64,000 nt of DNA from an uncultured Gemmatimonadales bacterium (GCA_963842945.1 CAWJIM010000024.1:352001-416000); one strand, 5' to 3'. Shown: positions 1 to 11,637, counted from the stretch's first letter. Translations and numbers: made by a program. Notes: a model not told the origin generated them from the letters alone.

Positions 1-1064
1 CGCTTGAACAGTAGACCAGCGTGGGCGCAGGCCGCCGTCACCGAGCGGGACACGGTGTCGTCGGCGTAGTGGAGAAAGCACATCTCCGGGAGACCGCCAA
101 CGCCCGTCACGAGATCGGGATGTTCGCGGTGCAGCTGGTGCAGGCCCTCCAGCAGACGGCCGCCCACGCGCTGAAGGTGAGTCGGCACACCTTTGGTCAC
201 CATCACCTGAAGCGTGGCCAGGGCTGCGGCCAGGGAGACGAACTCCGTCGCGAGCGTAGAGGAGATCCAGGTGCGCAATGCCCCAGCCATCACCTCCCGA
301 CTGCCTCCCACCGCCGCCAGCGGGAACCCGTTGGCCAGAGCCTTGCCCATAACCGTGAGATCGGCCCGGATACCATAGCGCTCGCTCGCGCCTCCAACGG
401 CGAGGCGGCAGACCGTCTTGATCTCATCCACGATGAGCAGAGCCCCGGCGCGCCCGGTCTCTTCCCGGAGGACCTCGAGCCATGCCGCGTGGGGCTCGGC
501 CACAATCACTGGCTCGAACACCACGGCAGCGAGCCGGTCTCCCGCCGAGCGAATCAGCTCCCGTGCACGATTGGCATCGTTGAAGGGAAGCTCCGAGTAC
601 AAGGCGCGGGTGGCCGAGGGAACGCCGGCAGCACCCTGGGACCAGTCGAGCCAGCCGTGATAGCCGCAGCCGAGCACGTGATCCCGGCCGGTGAAAACTC
701 GAGCCAGGCGAACCGCCGCAGCCATCGCCTCGGCACCGGTCTTGAGAAACCGAACCTGCTCGATCCACGGCATCAGGCGGCAGATCTCCGCGGCAACTTC
801 CTCCTCCAGCGCGGGAGCAAGCGGACCGACCACACCGTTCCCGGCGGCAACGGTGACCGCGCGAGTCACCTCGGGATGGGCATAGCCCAGGGCAACGGAG
901 CCCAGTCCCATGATGTAGTCGACGTATTCCCTGCCCTGGTCATCCCAGACGCGACAGCCGGACGACCGAGTCATCCGGCTGGGCAGATCGGGATCGCGGG
1001 ACCCAAAGACTGTCTCGGGACGCTTGCTTCCGGTGGAGGTGAATCCCGGGATGTGTTCGGTCAC
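1..1064 (-). CDS. Class III PLP aminotransferase, glutamate-1-semialdehyde aminomutase-like (3' end outside window)
   Basis: Manual minus-strand translation from GTG at 1064 (GAGG upstream): MTEHIPGFTSTGSKRP...VWDDQGREYVDYIMGLGSVALGYAHP...GKALANGFPLAAVGG. Not in the ORF track because it runs off the edge. Confidence 0.85.
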   Translation of the reverse strand, partial: MTEHIPGFTSTGSKRPETVFGSRDPDLPSRMTRSSGCRVWDDQGREYVDYIMGLGSVALGYAHPEVTRAVTVAAGNGVVGPLAPALEEEVAAEICRLMPWIEQVRFLKTGAEAMAAAVRLARVFTGRDHVLGCGYHGWLDWSQGAAGVPSATRALYSELPFNDANRARELIRSAGDRLAAVVFEPVIVAEPHAAWLEVLREETGRAGALLIVDEIKTVCRLAVGGASERYGIRADLTVMGKALANGFPLAAVGGSREVMAGALRTWISSTLATEFVSLAAALATLQVMVTKGVPTHLQRVGGRLLEGLHQLHREHPDLVTGVGGLPEMCFLHYADDTVSRSVTAACAHAGLLFK

Positions 1065-1084
1065 GGTCGCCTCGCGCGCTGAAG

Positions 1085-3815
1085 TCAGCCGAGCTCGAGC
1101 GTTCCAAACCGCGCAGGATCCTGCCGATCGCCCCGGAGCCAAACCCACCCTCCGCCACCACTCCAGACCAGCTGGCCGGCTCGTCGAAGGCGGTCGGGGA
1201 GCATCTGATTGATCAGCAGGTCGAACCCGATCTCCTCACCCGGCCGGAACTCACCCCAGTCAGGCGGAGTGATGGTTACAGTGAGAAGGTACCCGGTATC
1301 TGTGCCGGACCAGCCGCCGGCAACCTGGTCGGGCGCGCCCGCAGTTCCCTCCACTCCACGAACGATAAGCTCTCCGGTTTTGGAAGGAACGATCAGGACC
1401 CCGAAGCCAACCTCCTCCTGCGGCAGCCTGACATACAGCTGAATCCCGTCGGCGTGAATCTCGTCCGGCTCGTTGTCCAGCCGGAGCGGCGCTGCCGCGG
1501 GATCGCGGAGGACCAGCTCCGGTTTGGTCACTTCTACCGCCACATGCAAACCCGCATCACTCCAGTTGACGTACGCGCGGGCAGAAAATTCTTCAGGTCC
1601 GGGATAGGGCTCCTCACTGCGACGGTACTGGTCCTCGTGGTCGAGCTCGAGCGGCTCGCTGGGATCGAACCCATCCAGGCTTCCGTCCAGTGCCGGTGGC
1701 TCGGCGATCTGAGGGGCGACCGCCCGGGCAACCAGCGGACGATTCTGCATCAGCGGCTGGAAGGGAGCCGCCGCCTTGCGGGCGCCCCGGAGCCGGACCG
1801 TCTCCTGGCCGGTTCGGACCTCCCAGCCTTCTACGGTCGAGATATGCCGTTCTACCGTCGCGCCGGTTTGCACCTCGACTCCGCTCTCCGTAACCCGCAG
1901 GTCCGTCACGGCAGGCGCCGGCCCCGGCTCGAGCACCGTGACGATCCGAACCTTCTGGCCAGCGGAGCGCAGCAGATAGAACGGAATGGCTTCGCCCGAG
2001 CCGGGTATGCCCGGTCCCACGGCTCGAATCAGATCACCGGGAACGTCGACCAGTGCGCTTAACGTGGCGCCGGCTTTGCCGGAGGAGCCGAGTCGGAGAG
2101 GGCCGGGCGAATCGGGGACGAACTGTTGGGCGTCGCGGGCGAATTCATCGTTCAGTTCGGCTGAGATCCAGCGGCCCGGTGACGTCACCTCGGTGCGCCC
2201 GCTCAGGTGCAGAGGGAGCTCGACCAGCTGATCGGAGGCCGAGGAGAGATCCACGAGGTCCAGCACGTAGCTCGGGCCGGAAACCACAGTGCGGGTCAAA
2301 TCTCCGAATCTGCCCCGGGCCCAGGCCCACTGTCCCTGCTCATCGAAGTTGTCGCAGACCGCATCGCCCAACCGCTGCGACTCACCGTCCAGACGGGGAG
2401 CGTTGTGTGCCAGCGTCGAACGATACCAGAACAGGTCGCGTGCGACGTACGAGCCGGTGCCAAGGTCCGGCAGCCAGTACTCGCCACCGGCGTGGAGCAA
2501 GAGGTTCAGGCGATCGGGGTGTCCGTGTCCTCCACCATGGGCTCCGCATTCCAGGCTGGTGTACCGGTCGCCCTGGCGAAGGATGGCAAGCCCCTGCCCG
2601 TCGATGAACACGCTTTCGGGTGACCAGGCTTCTTCCCCCGCAGGAAGACTGGGCAACATCTCCAGCAGAGCCCACCAGGAGAGATCGGCCCGGCCTCGGT
2701 GGGTGGGCGGAGCCTCCCCGGCCTCGTGGAGGTAGGAATCGAATGTCTGAGCCGGGGGCGCAGATGTCTGGTACAACAGCCGGAGCCAGTCCCACAGATC
2801 ACCCTGCGGAACGCCGGCCCCTTCGAGGCGCGCCAGACCAACCTCCCACAGCTCGAGGTACATCGGCTGAGCCAGAGATACTCCGAACCGTGAGTCCTTG
2901 CGGGCGGGGAAGGTCCCGTCGGGGAGGGCGGTCAACGCCGGGGCGCGGAGTGCCGCACTGAGTCGTTGGGCGAGCTGGGAATCAGCCAGCAGATCCACAC
3001 CGGCCTGGCGGGCCCAACCCATGGCTACCAGCTGGCCGCGGAGCGCAAACAGGTGGTAGTTGTCGCCCTCGAACCACATGCCGTCGGGCCCAAACCCCTG
3101 GAGCAGATGGGTAAGGATGCCGCTGCGTCCCTCGAGCATGCCGGGTGGCCAGTTCCTCGTCCTCGAACCACACGGCCACCGCGGCGAGCGCAGCGTTGTG
3201 CCAGGTCTGCCGGTTGGAGAGGCCCTCATCGAACTCGCCGATCAGGTTGGCGGCCTCGTCGGCCACGGCCGTCACGATCTCCCCGGTTTCCGCCTCGAGC
3301 AGCCCTCCATCCCGAAGCAGCGTTGCCGCCGCCAGATAGTTGGTCAGCCAGATGGACTCGAGATAGGTGGAGAAGAAGAGCCGGCTGGGCCCCAGCACGT
3401 TGTCCCGATTGGGATACGCCGGGTAGTTCCGGTATGCCTGCAGCACGGCATTGGCCCGAGCGGCGGCATCTTCACGATTGGCCATGGTGGCCAGCGCCGC
3501 CAGATGGGCGGCTCGCTCGGACACCCAGAGGTGCTGATAGTGCGCCCAGGCCCGGTCGTGCCGCTCGCCGGTGAAGCGCCGCCCGCAGCGAGGACAGCGG
3601 TGCTCCGTGGGACTCCAGGGATCGAACTCGAGCCGGACACCGTGCTCGGGACAGACTCCGCCATCTGCCGTCAACAGGGCCTTTGCTGCAGGGACCAGAG
3701 GCATGCGCTCCAGTACTGGACCCGCGCGCTGGGCCATCCGCTCCAGCAATGCAGCGAGCTCCGGCGACGCAGCGATCTCCTGCTGGCGCGTTTCCAGCTC
3801 CTCTGCCGTTAACAC
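1085..3815 (-). CDS. Heparinase II/III-family protein with C-terminal CBM9/DOMON-like domain (frameshift ~3150)
   Basis: ORFs 2982..3815 and 1085..3229 join. Motifs: CPEHG...FDPWSP..HRCPRC, DGMWFEGDNYH, GHGHPDRLNL, WYRSTLAHN, and C-terminal PALDGSLD...GFDLLIN. Confidence 0.75.
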
Positions 3816-4807
3816 AGGTAGACACCTCGCATGGCCCAGGCGATCGGAAGGAGCCGGGCACCCAGGTTTCGGGCGGCCGCCATCATGGCCGAGGGATCAT
3901 CCGGCGCGAGAAAGAACATGCAGCCTCCAGCGCCCGATCCCGCCGCCTTTCCACCGAGCGAGCCCGCGCTTGCCATGGCCCGCTCGAGATCGGCCATTTC
4001 AGGGGTGGACATCCGGGCGTCCAATGCCAGCTGGTGGCGCCAATTCTGGCTGAGGAGCTGTCCAACCCGGGAGAAGTCCGCGGCGAGGAGAGCGTTGGCC
4101 ATGGCGTCCGCGACATCCCGAAGTCCGTTGAGTGCGCCATGCACGCTGGAATCTCCTTGCTCGTACGCGCGCATCACCCGCTCGATGGTGGTGCCGGAGA
4201 AGCGGGAGGCTCCGGTATAGCACAGTACGAGCCGCCGGGCCAGCTCCGCCATGAATCCCGGATCCAGCTTCAGCCGCTGAACTTCAGCCTGAGGATCACG
4301 GAAGGTCAATCGAAGAAAGCCACCATAGGACGAGGCGAACTGGTCCTGCCGCCCGCCCGCCATTCCTGCCTCTACCGCTTCCAGGTGACAGGCGGTCTCG
4401 GCGATCTCGAATGGGTCGCGAGTCTCGCCTCGAGCGGAGCTCAAGGCGGCGACCAGAGCCACGTCGAGCGCTCCGGAGCTGCCCAGTCCCGAGCCGGGCG
4501 GCGCGTCGGTCCGAGTCAGCAGAGTGCACCCGCCCACCGGCAGCATTCGAAGCCCCGCCTTTTGCAGATCCAGTCTTCCATCTCGAACCAGACCGGAAGA
4601 ATCGCTCACTTCCAACTGATCGTGGAGGTCTTCGGCAATGAGACGGAAGCCAGTGCCTCCCAGCCGCACCTCGGCCCGGGCGAAGAGCCGAATGGCGGCG
4701 GTCACCACAACCCCACCCTCTCGAGCTGAGAAGGGCGGAACGTCGGTCCACCCTCCCGCGAGATCCAGACGGACGGGTGCCGTGGCCGCGAAGGCGGGCT
4801 CGCTCAC
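3809..4807 (-). CDS. GHMP-family sugar kinase (HddA/fucokinase-like)
   Basis: APVRLDLAGGWTD, PPGSGLGSSG, GGRQDQ and GKAAGSGAGG motifs. GTG start at 4807 overlaps the upstream TGA (GTGA). Confidence 0.85.
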   Translation of the reverse strand: MSEPAFAATAPVRLDLAGGWTDVPPFSAREGGVVVTAAIRLFARAEVRLGGTGFRLIAEDLHDQLEVSDSSGLVRDGRLDLQKAGLRMLPVGGCTLLTRTDAPPGSGLGSSGALDVALVAALSSARGETRDPFEIAETACHLEAVEAGMAGGRQDQFASSYGGFLRLTFRDPQAEVQRLKLDPGFMAELARRLVLCYTGASRFSGTTIERVMRAYEQGDSSVHGALNGLRDVADAMANALLAADFSRVGQLLSQNWRHQLALDARMSTPEMADLERAMASAGSLGGKAAGSGAGGCMFFLAPDDPSAMMAAARNLGARLLPIAWAMRGVYLC

Positions 4808-6234
4808 CTCCGGACCCACCACCGCTGCACCGTGGGCAGCTCTCCCCGGAGATCCATGGTCACCCCATGGACGCGGCGGTTCATACCCTGCAGACCTCGG
4901 GGATGATAGAGAAAGGCCGCAGGCACCGAATCGGCAATCACCTGCTGGGCCGCCCGGGGATCCGATGGAACCGGTACGCCGGCCAGTGCCGCGAGCGGAC
5001 CGAGATAGCCCAGAGCAAGATCTCCCGGTACGCCAAGCACGGCAGCCTGAAAATCGTGCGACCGGCCGTAGACTCGGGCCAGAAAGGCTGATAGCTCGAG
5101 CTGGCGCAGCGTAACGTCGAAGCCGGCGCTCTTCAGCCGAGCCTGGAGCATCTGCTCCAACGCAGCTTCTCCACTTCCCACCGTCAGGAGCTCGAACGCT
5201 ATACGAGAGCCGGTTGAAATGGGGACCGGGGACATGGCCGGCGGACGAACAGGAACATAGCCCGGAGCCGTTGGCGGGACGGGACCCACCGCGGGAGTCC
5301 CGAAGCCGTAGATGTAACCATCCACCAGCTCCTGACGATCGATTGCCGAGCTGACCGCCCACCGCACGCCGAGCTGGTCGAAGGGTGCGCGGCGAGTATT
5401 GAACAGCATTGCGTCGGTCCACAGGAGCGGATAGGTGAGAACCGCGAGCTCCGGGTTCTGCCGGACAAACTCGGCGTGGGCCGGCTGAATCCCGGCAAAG
5501 TCGAGCTCGCCCGAGGTCAGAGCCGCCAGCTTGGTGGTGGGCTCATTCACCACCACCACGATGAAGCGGTCGAGCCGGGGCGGCCCACCCAGGGCGGGAG
5601 GAAATGAGCGGTTGGCGCTGAAGACCCACCGCCGGTTCGCCTCATGGGAAACGAACCTGAATGGACCGTTGCCAACAGGGGAGCTGTTCCAGCCTGCCTG
5701 CCGAAGGTCCGCCGCCTTCACTCCCCGGAAGAGATGGGCCGGGAGAATGGCGAGATCCGTCAGCAGATCGGGGAAACTGCGCTGCGCCTCCCGAAAACGC
5801 ACGACAACGCTCGAGTCGTCCGGGGCCGAAACGGCCTCGAAGGCTGCCATCTCATTCTGCCGGGGATAGCCCGTGGCAGGATCGCGCGCGGTGTTGAGCG
5901 TCCAGACCACATCCCGCGCCGTGGTTGGGAGACCATCATGCCAGCGGACACCGGTCTGAAGGTCGAGAGTGAGTGTGCGACGATCCTGGGACCAGCGCCA
6001 GGACCGAGCCAGATAGGGCTGCGGCGTCATGCTACTGTCGTATCGCGCCAACGTGGTGAGCAGCACGTAACGCTGGACCTGTCGGGCAAGCGGATGGACC
6101 GTGAGCAGTGGATTGATGCTTTGCAGATCGGCGCCCGAAGCAAACAGCACGGTGGCGCCCCGGCGCTCCGCGCTCGAGCCGCATGCGACGATACCAATAG
6201 CCAGGAGAGGAACGGAGAAGTGGCGCCCGAGCAC
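4804..6234 (-). CDS. Peptide/nickel ABC transporter substrate-binding lipoprotein (family 5)
   Basis: Lipobox IVAC; LARSW..S.DRRTLTLDL..GVRWHDG...TARDV; PVGNGPF. Probable leaderless GTG start at 6234. Confidence 0.85.
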   Translation of the reverse strand: MLGRHFSVPLLAIGIVACGSSAERRGATVLFASGADLQSINPLLTVHPLARQVQRYVLLTTLARYDSSMTPQPYLARSWRWSQDRRTLTLDLQTGVRWHDGLPTTARDVVWTLNTARDPATGYPRQNEMAAFEAVSAPDDSSVVVRFREAQRSFPDLLTDLAILPAHLFRGVKAADLRQAGWNSSPVGNGPFRFVSHEANRRWVFSANRSFPPALGGPPRLDRFIVVVVNEPTTKLAALTSGELDFAGIQPAHAEFVRQNPELAVLTYPLLWTDAMLFNTRRAPFDQLGVRWAVSSAIDRQELVDGYIYGFGTPAVGPVPPTAPGYVPVRPPAMSPVPISTGSRIAFELLTVGSGEAALEQMLQARLKSAGFDVTLRQLELSAFLARVYGRSHDFQAAVLGVPGDLALGYLGPLAALAGVPVPSDPRAAQQVIADSVPAAFLYHPRGLQGMNRRVHGVTMDLRGELPTVQRWWVRR

Positions 6235-6271
6235 GGCGTATTTTAGCGGCAACCCTGTCTACATTGAACCA
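6234..6271. promoter_or_regulatory. Back-to-back -10 elements for two apparently leaderless divergent genes
   Basis: Minus strand: TAAAAT (6245-6240), 5 nt, GTG. Plus strand: TACATT (6260-6265), 5 nt, ATG 6271. No Shine-Dalgarno on either side. Confidence 0.55.
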
Positions 6272-7248
6272 TGGTGAGAGCACTGCTGCGCCGAGCCTTC
6301 ACCGGCCTTGCCGTGGTTCTGGGCGTGGTCACCCTCATGTTTTTTCTCATTCGACTCGCCCCCGGCGACCCCGCTCTCCTCCTCGTCGGACCCACAGCAT
6401 CAGAAGAGCAACTGGCCGCTCAGCGGAGAAGCCTCGGGCTGGACCAGCCTCTGCCGCAGCAGTACGCCAGCTGGCTCGCTCGATTTACCCGGGGAGACTG
6501 GGGCACCAGCATTGCCACCGGGCGACCGGTGCGCTCGATGATCGCCGAAGCGTGGCCTGCCACCGTTCGTCTGGTAGGGCTCTCGCTGCTGCTCAGCTAT
6601 CTCCTCGGGATCGTTGTTGGTGCGGTCCAGGCGGCGAGCGGGGGCCGGCTGGACACCTCGTTGTCTGTCGTCACCGTAACCCTCTTTGCCCTGCCCGGCT
6701 ATTGGCTGGGTCTCATGCTGGTGATGGTATTCACCTACTGGGCCCGGGCCCTGCCGGCGTTCGGCGCGGCCGGCTTCGATGCCGACTTTCTCACTGGCTG
6801 GAGCCGGACGGCCGATCGGCTCCGTCACCTGGCCCTACCCTTGATCACACTGACGCTCATCGGTGTGGGCGGCGTGGCCCGGTACGTGAGAGGGGCCATG
6901 CTCGACGTCAGCGGGGCGCCGCACGTCGCGGTGGCACGGTCTAAGGGACTTTCACCAGCGGCGGTGACTCTTCGGCACGTGCTGCGCAACGCCCTCATTC
7001 CGGTGGTAACCCTGCTGGGGCTTTCGCTGCCCGCCCTGTTCTCGGGCGCGGTGTTCATCGAGTCGATCTTTGCCTGGCCGGGTGTGGGTCGAATCATGGT
7101 GGAGGCGGTAGGAGCGCGAGACTACCCGGTCATCATGGCGGCCACGGCTGTCAGCGCAGCCTTAGTGGTAGCCGGCAATCTCCTGGCCGAGCTGCTGACC
7201 GCGTGGGTTGATCCGAGGGTGCGTACCGCCTCCGGGAGTGCCCAGTGA
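6271..7248 (+). CDS. ABC transporter permease (OppB/DppB-like)
   Basis: LAPGDPA, LGLDQPL..QY, ARSKGLS...V.LRHVLRNALIP and ESIFAWPGVG motifs. Confidence 0.92.
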   Translation: MVRALLRRAFTGLAVVLGVVTLMFFLIRLAPGDPALLLVGPTASEEQLAAQRRSLGLDQPLPQQYASWLARFTRGDWGTSIATGRPVRSMIAEAWPATVRLVGLSLLLSYLLGIVVGAVQAASGGRLDTSLSVVTVTLFALPGYWLGLMLVMVFTYWARALPAFGAAGFDADFLTGWSRTADRLRHLALPLITLTLIGVGGVARYVRGAMLDVSGAPHVAVARSKGLSPAAVTLRHVLRNALIPVVTLLGLSLPALFSGAVFIESIFAWPGVGRIMVEAVGARDYPVIMAATAVSAALVVAGNLLAELLTAWVDPRVRTASGSAQ

Positions 7249-8106
7249 CGTTGCCCTCACACTCGTTGCTGCGGGACCGGCGGGCGCAGTTCGGGTTGAT
7301 GGTGATCCTGTTAGCCATTGTGATCGCGCTGGCGGCTCCGCTCCTGGCTGGAGATCCAGTGGTGCAGCGGGACATTGTCGCCACCCGCTTTCTGCCACCA
7401 CTCAGTACCGACCTGCACGGCGCTTTTCACGCCTTGGGCACCGACCGTTTCGGGCGGGACGTATGGGCCCGTCTGGCCTATGGCGCGCGGATCTCTCTGG
7501 GGGTCGGGGTGCTCGCCGTGCTGCTCTCGGTGACGATCGGGATTCTGATCGGCGCTGCTTCAGGTTTCTGGCCCGGCGCTGTCGGCACCGTGCTGCTGGG
7601 GTTGACCGATTTCGCTCTGGCGCTTCCCCGTGTGGTGCTTCTGCTGCTGCTGGCCTCGCTCTGGCAACCCAGTGCCGCTCTGGTGGTGGCCGTCCTGGGT
7701 CTGACCGGTTGGATGACCGTGGCGCGCCTGGTGCACGGAGAGGTGCGGGCGCTTTCCGCCCGCCCGTTCGTGGAGAGTGCCGTTGCCCTGGGAGTCAGAG
7801 GCCCGCGAGTACTGGTGCGACATATCCTGCCGAACGCCATGACTCCGGTGATCGTCAGCGCGGCTCTCGGGTGTCGGCAACGCCATCATGCTGGAGGCGG
7901 GGCTCTCATTTCTGGGACTGGGAGTACAGCCGCCGACGCCATCCTGGGGAAACCTGATCGCCTCGGGGCGCGATACCCTGGTCAATGCTCCGTGGGTAGC
8001 CACGGCACCCGGTGTGGCTCTGGTGCTGGTGGTGGTTGCGGCAACGCTACTGGGAGATGCTCTGCGGGATCGGATGGATCCGGCTCAGCGCCGGGAAGTG
8101 ACCTGA
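7245..8106 (+). CDS. ABC transporter permease (OppC/DppC-like), frameshift ~7870
   Basis: HALGTDRFGRDVWARL.YGARISL and RHILPN motifs; continues in 7888..8106 (EAGLSFLGLGVQPPTPSWG). Confidence 0.88.
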
Positions 8107-8107
8107 T

Positions 8108-8611
8108 TCAGCGACCGGTCCACTGCGCCGAGCCGAGCACCTCGTCGATTCGTCGCTCGAGGACCACCAGGGCTCCTGGAGCTGCGCCGCAGCCGTAATC
8201 GTGCTCCACCCGTTTGGTTCGGCCGCCGAACGTCAGGGAGGTGATGGCAGAAGGAGAGTCGGTAGAATACCGGCCGCAGACCGGCTCGGCGGCGGCGTAG
8301 CGGCTGGCGAACGAGAAGTAGCCCGCCCGGTCCAGCTCGGAGAGAAGCGCCTGAACTCGCTCGGGCGGTATTCGAGTGGAAGCCGTGCCCAATTGGCGTA
8401 CATGGGCTTTTCCCTCGTAGGTCACGGTGCCGTCCGAGGAAACTGCCAGTCGATAGACCGGACAGCCGCCGAAGCAGGCCGTACGCTCCAGGGTAATCAC
8501 GGGAGCGTCTACCGAATCGACCGCCATGCCTTCAGTTGAACCAGAGTTAGAATTGCGGGAGGCGCAGGCGCTGGACCACAGCACGATAGCCAGGGCGGCC
8601 CACCGCCTCAC
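8108..8611 (-). CDS. DUF6438-like lipoprotein
   Basis: Lipobox SACA; ITLERTACFGGCPVY...DGTVTYEG. Confidence 0.7.
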   Translation of the reverse strand: MRRWAALAIVLWSSACASRNSNSGSTEGMAVDSVDAPVITLERTACFGGCPVYRLAVSSDGTVTYEGKAHVRQLGTASTRIPPERVQALLSELDRAGYFSFASRYAAAEPVCGRYSTDSPSAITSLTFGGRTKRVEHDYGCGAAPGALVVLERRIDEVLGSAQWTGR

Positions 8612-10837
8612 TGGCCGACTCGCATCCGCCGCAACTGGCTGCGCACGCCCGACGACAGCAGCAGGTCAACCTGAGCCTTCCGAGTGGCCAGCTCCACCTC
8701 GCCACCGCGGGCAAAGGAGAGGACCTCTCCGCTGTCGGGGTCGCGGACCATGACCATTGGATGCGCCTTGCTATCCCACTGGAGAGACACCCGGTCGGCC
8801 GCGATGCGCCGCACGACGATCCTCCCAGGTACCGCTCCCGGGCCCTGGGCAATGATTCCAGCCGAGTCCGCGAGCACTGCCTGCGCGCCCCTGGCCGGTC
8901 ACCCGGATCCGGGCGAGCCGGGCTGCACCGATGGTCGAAAGAGGAATCGCAAAGACGAAGTTCTGCTGCGCCGTGGGAGCGTCAACCACCGCGTTGGGAC
9001 TGAATGACATCGAGAAAACCGGTTTGCCATCGGTGTCCTGTCCGTCCAGCAGGTAGGGACCCCGACGGCTGGGAAGGCTGGGCCGCGTATTGACCTCGAA
9101 GGCCGGCTCGAGAACGATCTCACCGTTTACGATGTGGCCCCATACCAGGAGGCACGGCTGGATGTCCGCGCCGGTCACCGAGGAAAGGATGGGCGGGCTG
9201 GGCGACCGAAGGTAGTTCATCACACCGCGGTAAGTGTAATCGCTGATCCATTTGGGATCACAATAGCCCATGATATCGGCCAGGGTGGACGCCTCGAGCG
9301 TCTTGGCGGCCACGTCCATGCCGTAAGCACCGGTGCTGCCGTCTGGCCTGGGGTATTGAGGATCAATGCCCGCGGGACCGCCGCACGGCGCATGGTTTCG
9401 GCCCCAGTTGTGTCCCAGCTCGTGGGCCGCGACGATGCTCCCCGAGGGCAGATAGTCCCAGCCGAGAGCGGCGCGCTGTCCACTTCCCGGCGTGGTGCCG
9501 GGGATACTCACGTAGGCGACGCCGGCAACTCCACTCGAGTAGGTGACCCGGGCGACGCCGTAGTAATAACGGGGGCTGTGTTCCGTGACCCGAAGCGCGT
9601 CGATCTCGCCCAGGATCGTTCCCCAGGCTCCGTTACTGTTGTTGGCCTGGAGGGTGAGGGTGGTCTTGGTCGAGTAGGCGGCGTGGAGCAGGGTGCTGAA
9701 GGTATCGATCGGGTGCATTCGCTGGGTGCTGACCAGGAAGCTGTCCTTGTTGGTGGCCGAAACGCGGCCAAGCAGATGATTGCCGGACTGCAACACCGGC
9801 ACCAGCGTCACGTCGAGTGTGGGCACGGCCTGCACGTTCAGCAGCGCCGGCCCTGTAGCGGGGTAGACGTTATCGGTCGTGCTAATCTCCGGAATCTGGG
9901 TCACTCCCGCCGGATTGACCTCCGCCTCGATAGCCAGCCCTGGCTGGAGAATCGTGCCTGACAGCGTGGTGTCCCAGGAATAAGCCAGGGAGCTTTCATC
10001 CACCGCCGTCGGTACGGAGAGGCCTGAGGGCGGAATGTTGAGGGTCGAGAACAGCCCTCCGCCGTTGGAGAGACGGACCTGCACCGTAGGCGCCGCGGTG
10101 TTGGCCCGGTCGGCCACCACGAAAATCCGCAAGTAACCATCGCGTCCCTGCACCAGGGGCACCGATCCGCCGGCATCCTGCACGCTCTGCGTCACGTACA
10201 TCCCCGCGATGCAGAGGTTCACGCTCCCATCGTTGGGCGGAACAGTGTAGTCCACCGTTGCGGTAGCGGTACTCCTGGCCACGACGCTGACATCCTGACT
10301 GTCGGGACTCACAGTGTGAGTGGCGCAGCCGATCGATGCCGAGGCGGCGGCCTTCACGGTGTAGACGCCCGGATCGAGCCCCGCGAGCGTCGTGGTACCA
10401 TCGACCGGCTGGTTGTATCCGCCGGGACCGGTCACCGTGATCGCCGCGCTTCGACTGGTACCGAGACCATTCACTGCTACGGTGAGGTTACCGGTGGCCT
10501 GGGAATAGAACACCGAGGCGGTGGACTGAGTGTTGGTAGCGGCCACTGTCACCGTCTGCGACGGCGGGCTCGGATCATAGGTGGAGTTACCGATCACCAC
10601 CGCGGTAGCACTGACGGTGTAGGCCCCTGGGGTCACCTGGGTGAAGGTCTGAGTGGCCGAAACGGACTGATTGAAGTTGTCGGGGCCGGTAACCGTGACT
10701 GCCGATGCGGTCCCGTTCGGAAGGCCGAGAATGGTGACTCGAAGGCTCCCGGCACTCGGACCGCTGGGGCCGCCATCACAACCCAACAACAGGAGAAGCA
10801 GGAGCCAGGCGGGCCGTTTAAAGGCTGCGAAATTCAT
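8608..10837 (-). CDS. Secreted zinc metallopeptidase (M66-like) lipoprotein with beta-sandwich repeats; frameshift ~8890
   Basis: Lipobox LLGC; HELGHNWGRNHAPCG; DIMGYC Met-turn; C-terminus in ORF 8608..8877. Confidence 0.75.
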
Positions 10838-11199
10838 CGTGGCTCCTCGACCATGCTCAATCCTCAGGGCGAATGAACTGCGGGAAGAACCATTGCGTTC
10901 TGCACCCGACCTGCGCTGCGAACCCTCGCACTGTCCTTGACTCAAGGCGCGGTGTAATGGCTTGGACCATGCGGTCTAACCTAAGTTCCAGCTTCGAGTT
11001 AGCTCGTAGGAGTCGAGCGAATGTTCGGCTGAGATCCGCCGGTATGAATGGCCTGTACCCTCAAACCGGTGACAACCGTGAGCCAGCGCGTTTCAACGAC
11101 GGAAGGATCGGCAATACCCGCGCCAATGGCGGGGCCGGAGAGTGAAGGACTAGAGAAAGTTGGGGAGAAGAGGAATGAAGAAAAACAGCCGGGCGGCGC

Positions 11200-11637
11200 T
11201 TAGGCGGCGCTGGAACCTCCGCCGCGGCTCCGCATACAGCGCTGAACCTCAGCCAGCAGTCGCTCGGCAGGGAACGGCTTGGGGACAATGCTGCATGGCG
11301 TAGCTATGCCAAGCTCCGAGAGCGCGGCGGTGGCGTAGCCGGACATGAGCACTACAGGAATATCGGCGTGGGATTCGGCCACCGCCTGCATCAGCTCGAC
11401 CCCGTTCATGCGGGGCATCACGATATCCGAGACGATCAGATCGATCGTCCCCTGTCCTGCCCGGACCCTTTCCAGTGCTTCGAGGCCGTCAGCGGCTTCG
11501 AGCACCTCGTAACCCTCACGCTGCAGGACTCGCACAGCGAACCGGCGCACAGCGGTCTCGTCGTCCACCACCAGCACGCTTACACCAGCACCGACGCGGG
11601 TCGGCGTGGAGTGGGAGAACTCGTCGAGGGTCTGCAT
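11200..11637 (-). CDS. Single-domain response regulator
   Basis: VLVVDDE, SDIVMPRMNG, MSGY and KPF motifs. Confidence 0.9.
   Translation of the reverse strand: MQTLDEFSHSTPTRVGAGVSVLVVDDETAVRRFAVRVLQREGYEVLEAADGLEALERVRAGQGTIDLIVSDIVMPRMNGVELMQAVAESHADIPVVLMSGYATAALSELGIATPCSIVPKPFPAERLLAEVQRCMRSRGGGSSAA

Noticed and set aside
21..1082. 353-aa plus-strand ORF and many other long overlapping ORFs (e.g. 25371..26561, 43024..44274, 62384..63631)
   Set aside because: They are antisense shadows of recognisable genes in high-GC DNA and carry no motifs.
4808..5422. N-terminal extension of the GHMP kinase ORF
   Set aside because: It lies inside the substrate-binding protein gene in another frame; kinase motifs begin right after GTG 4807.
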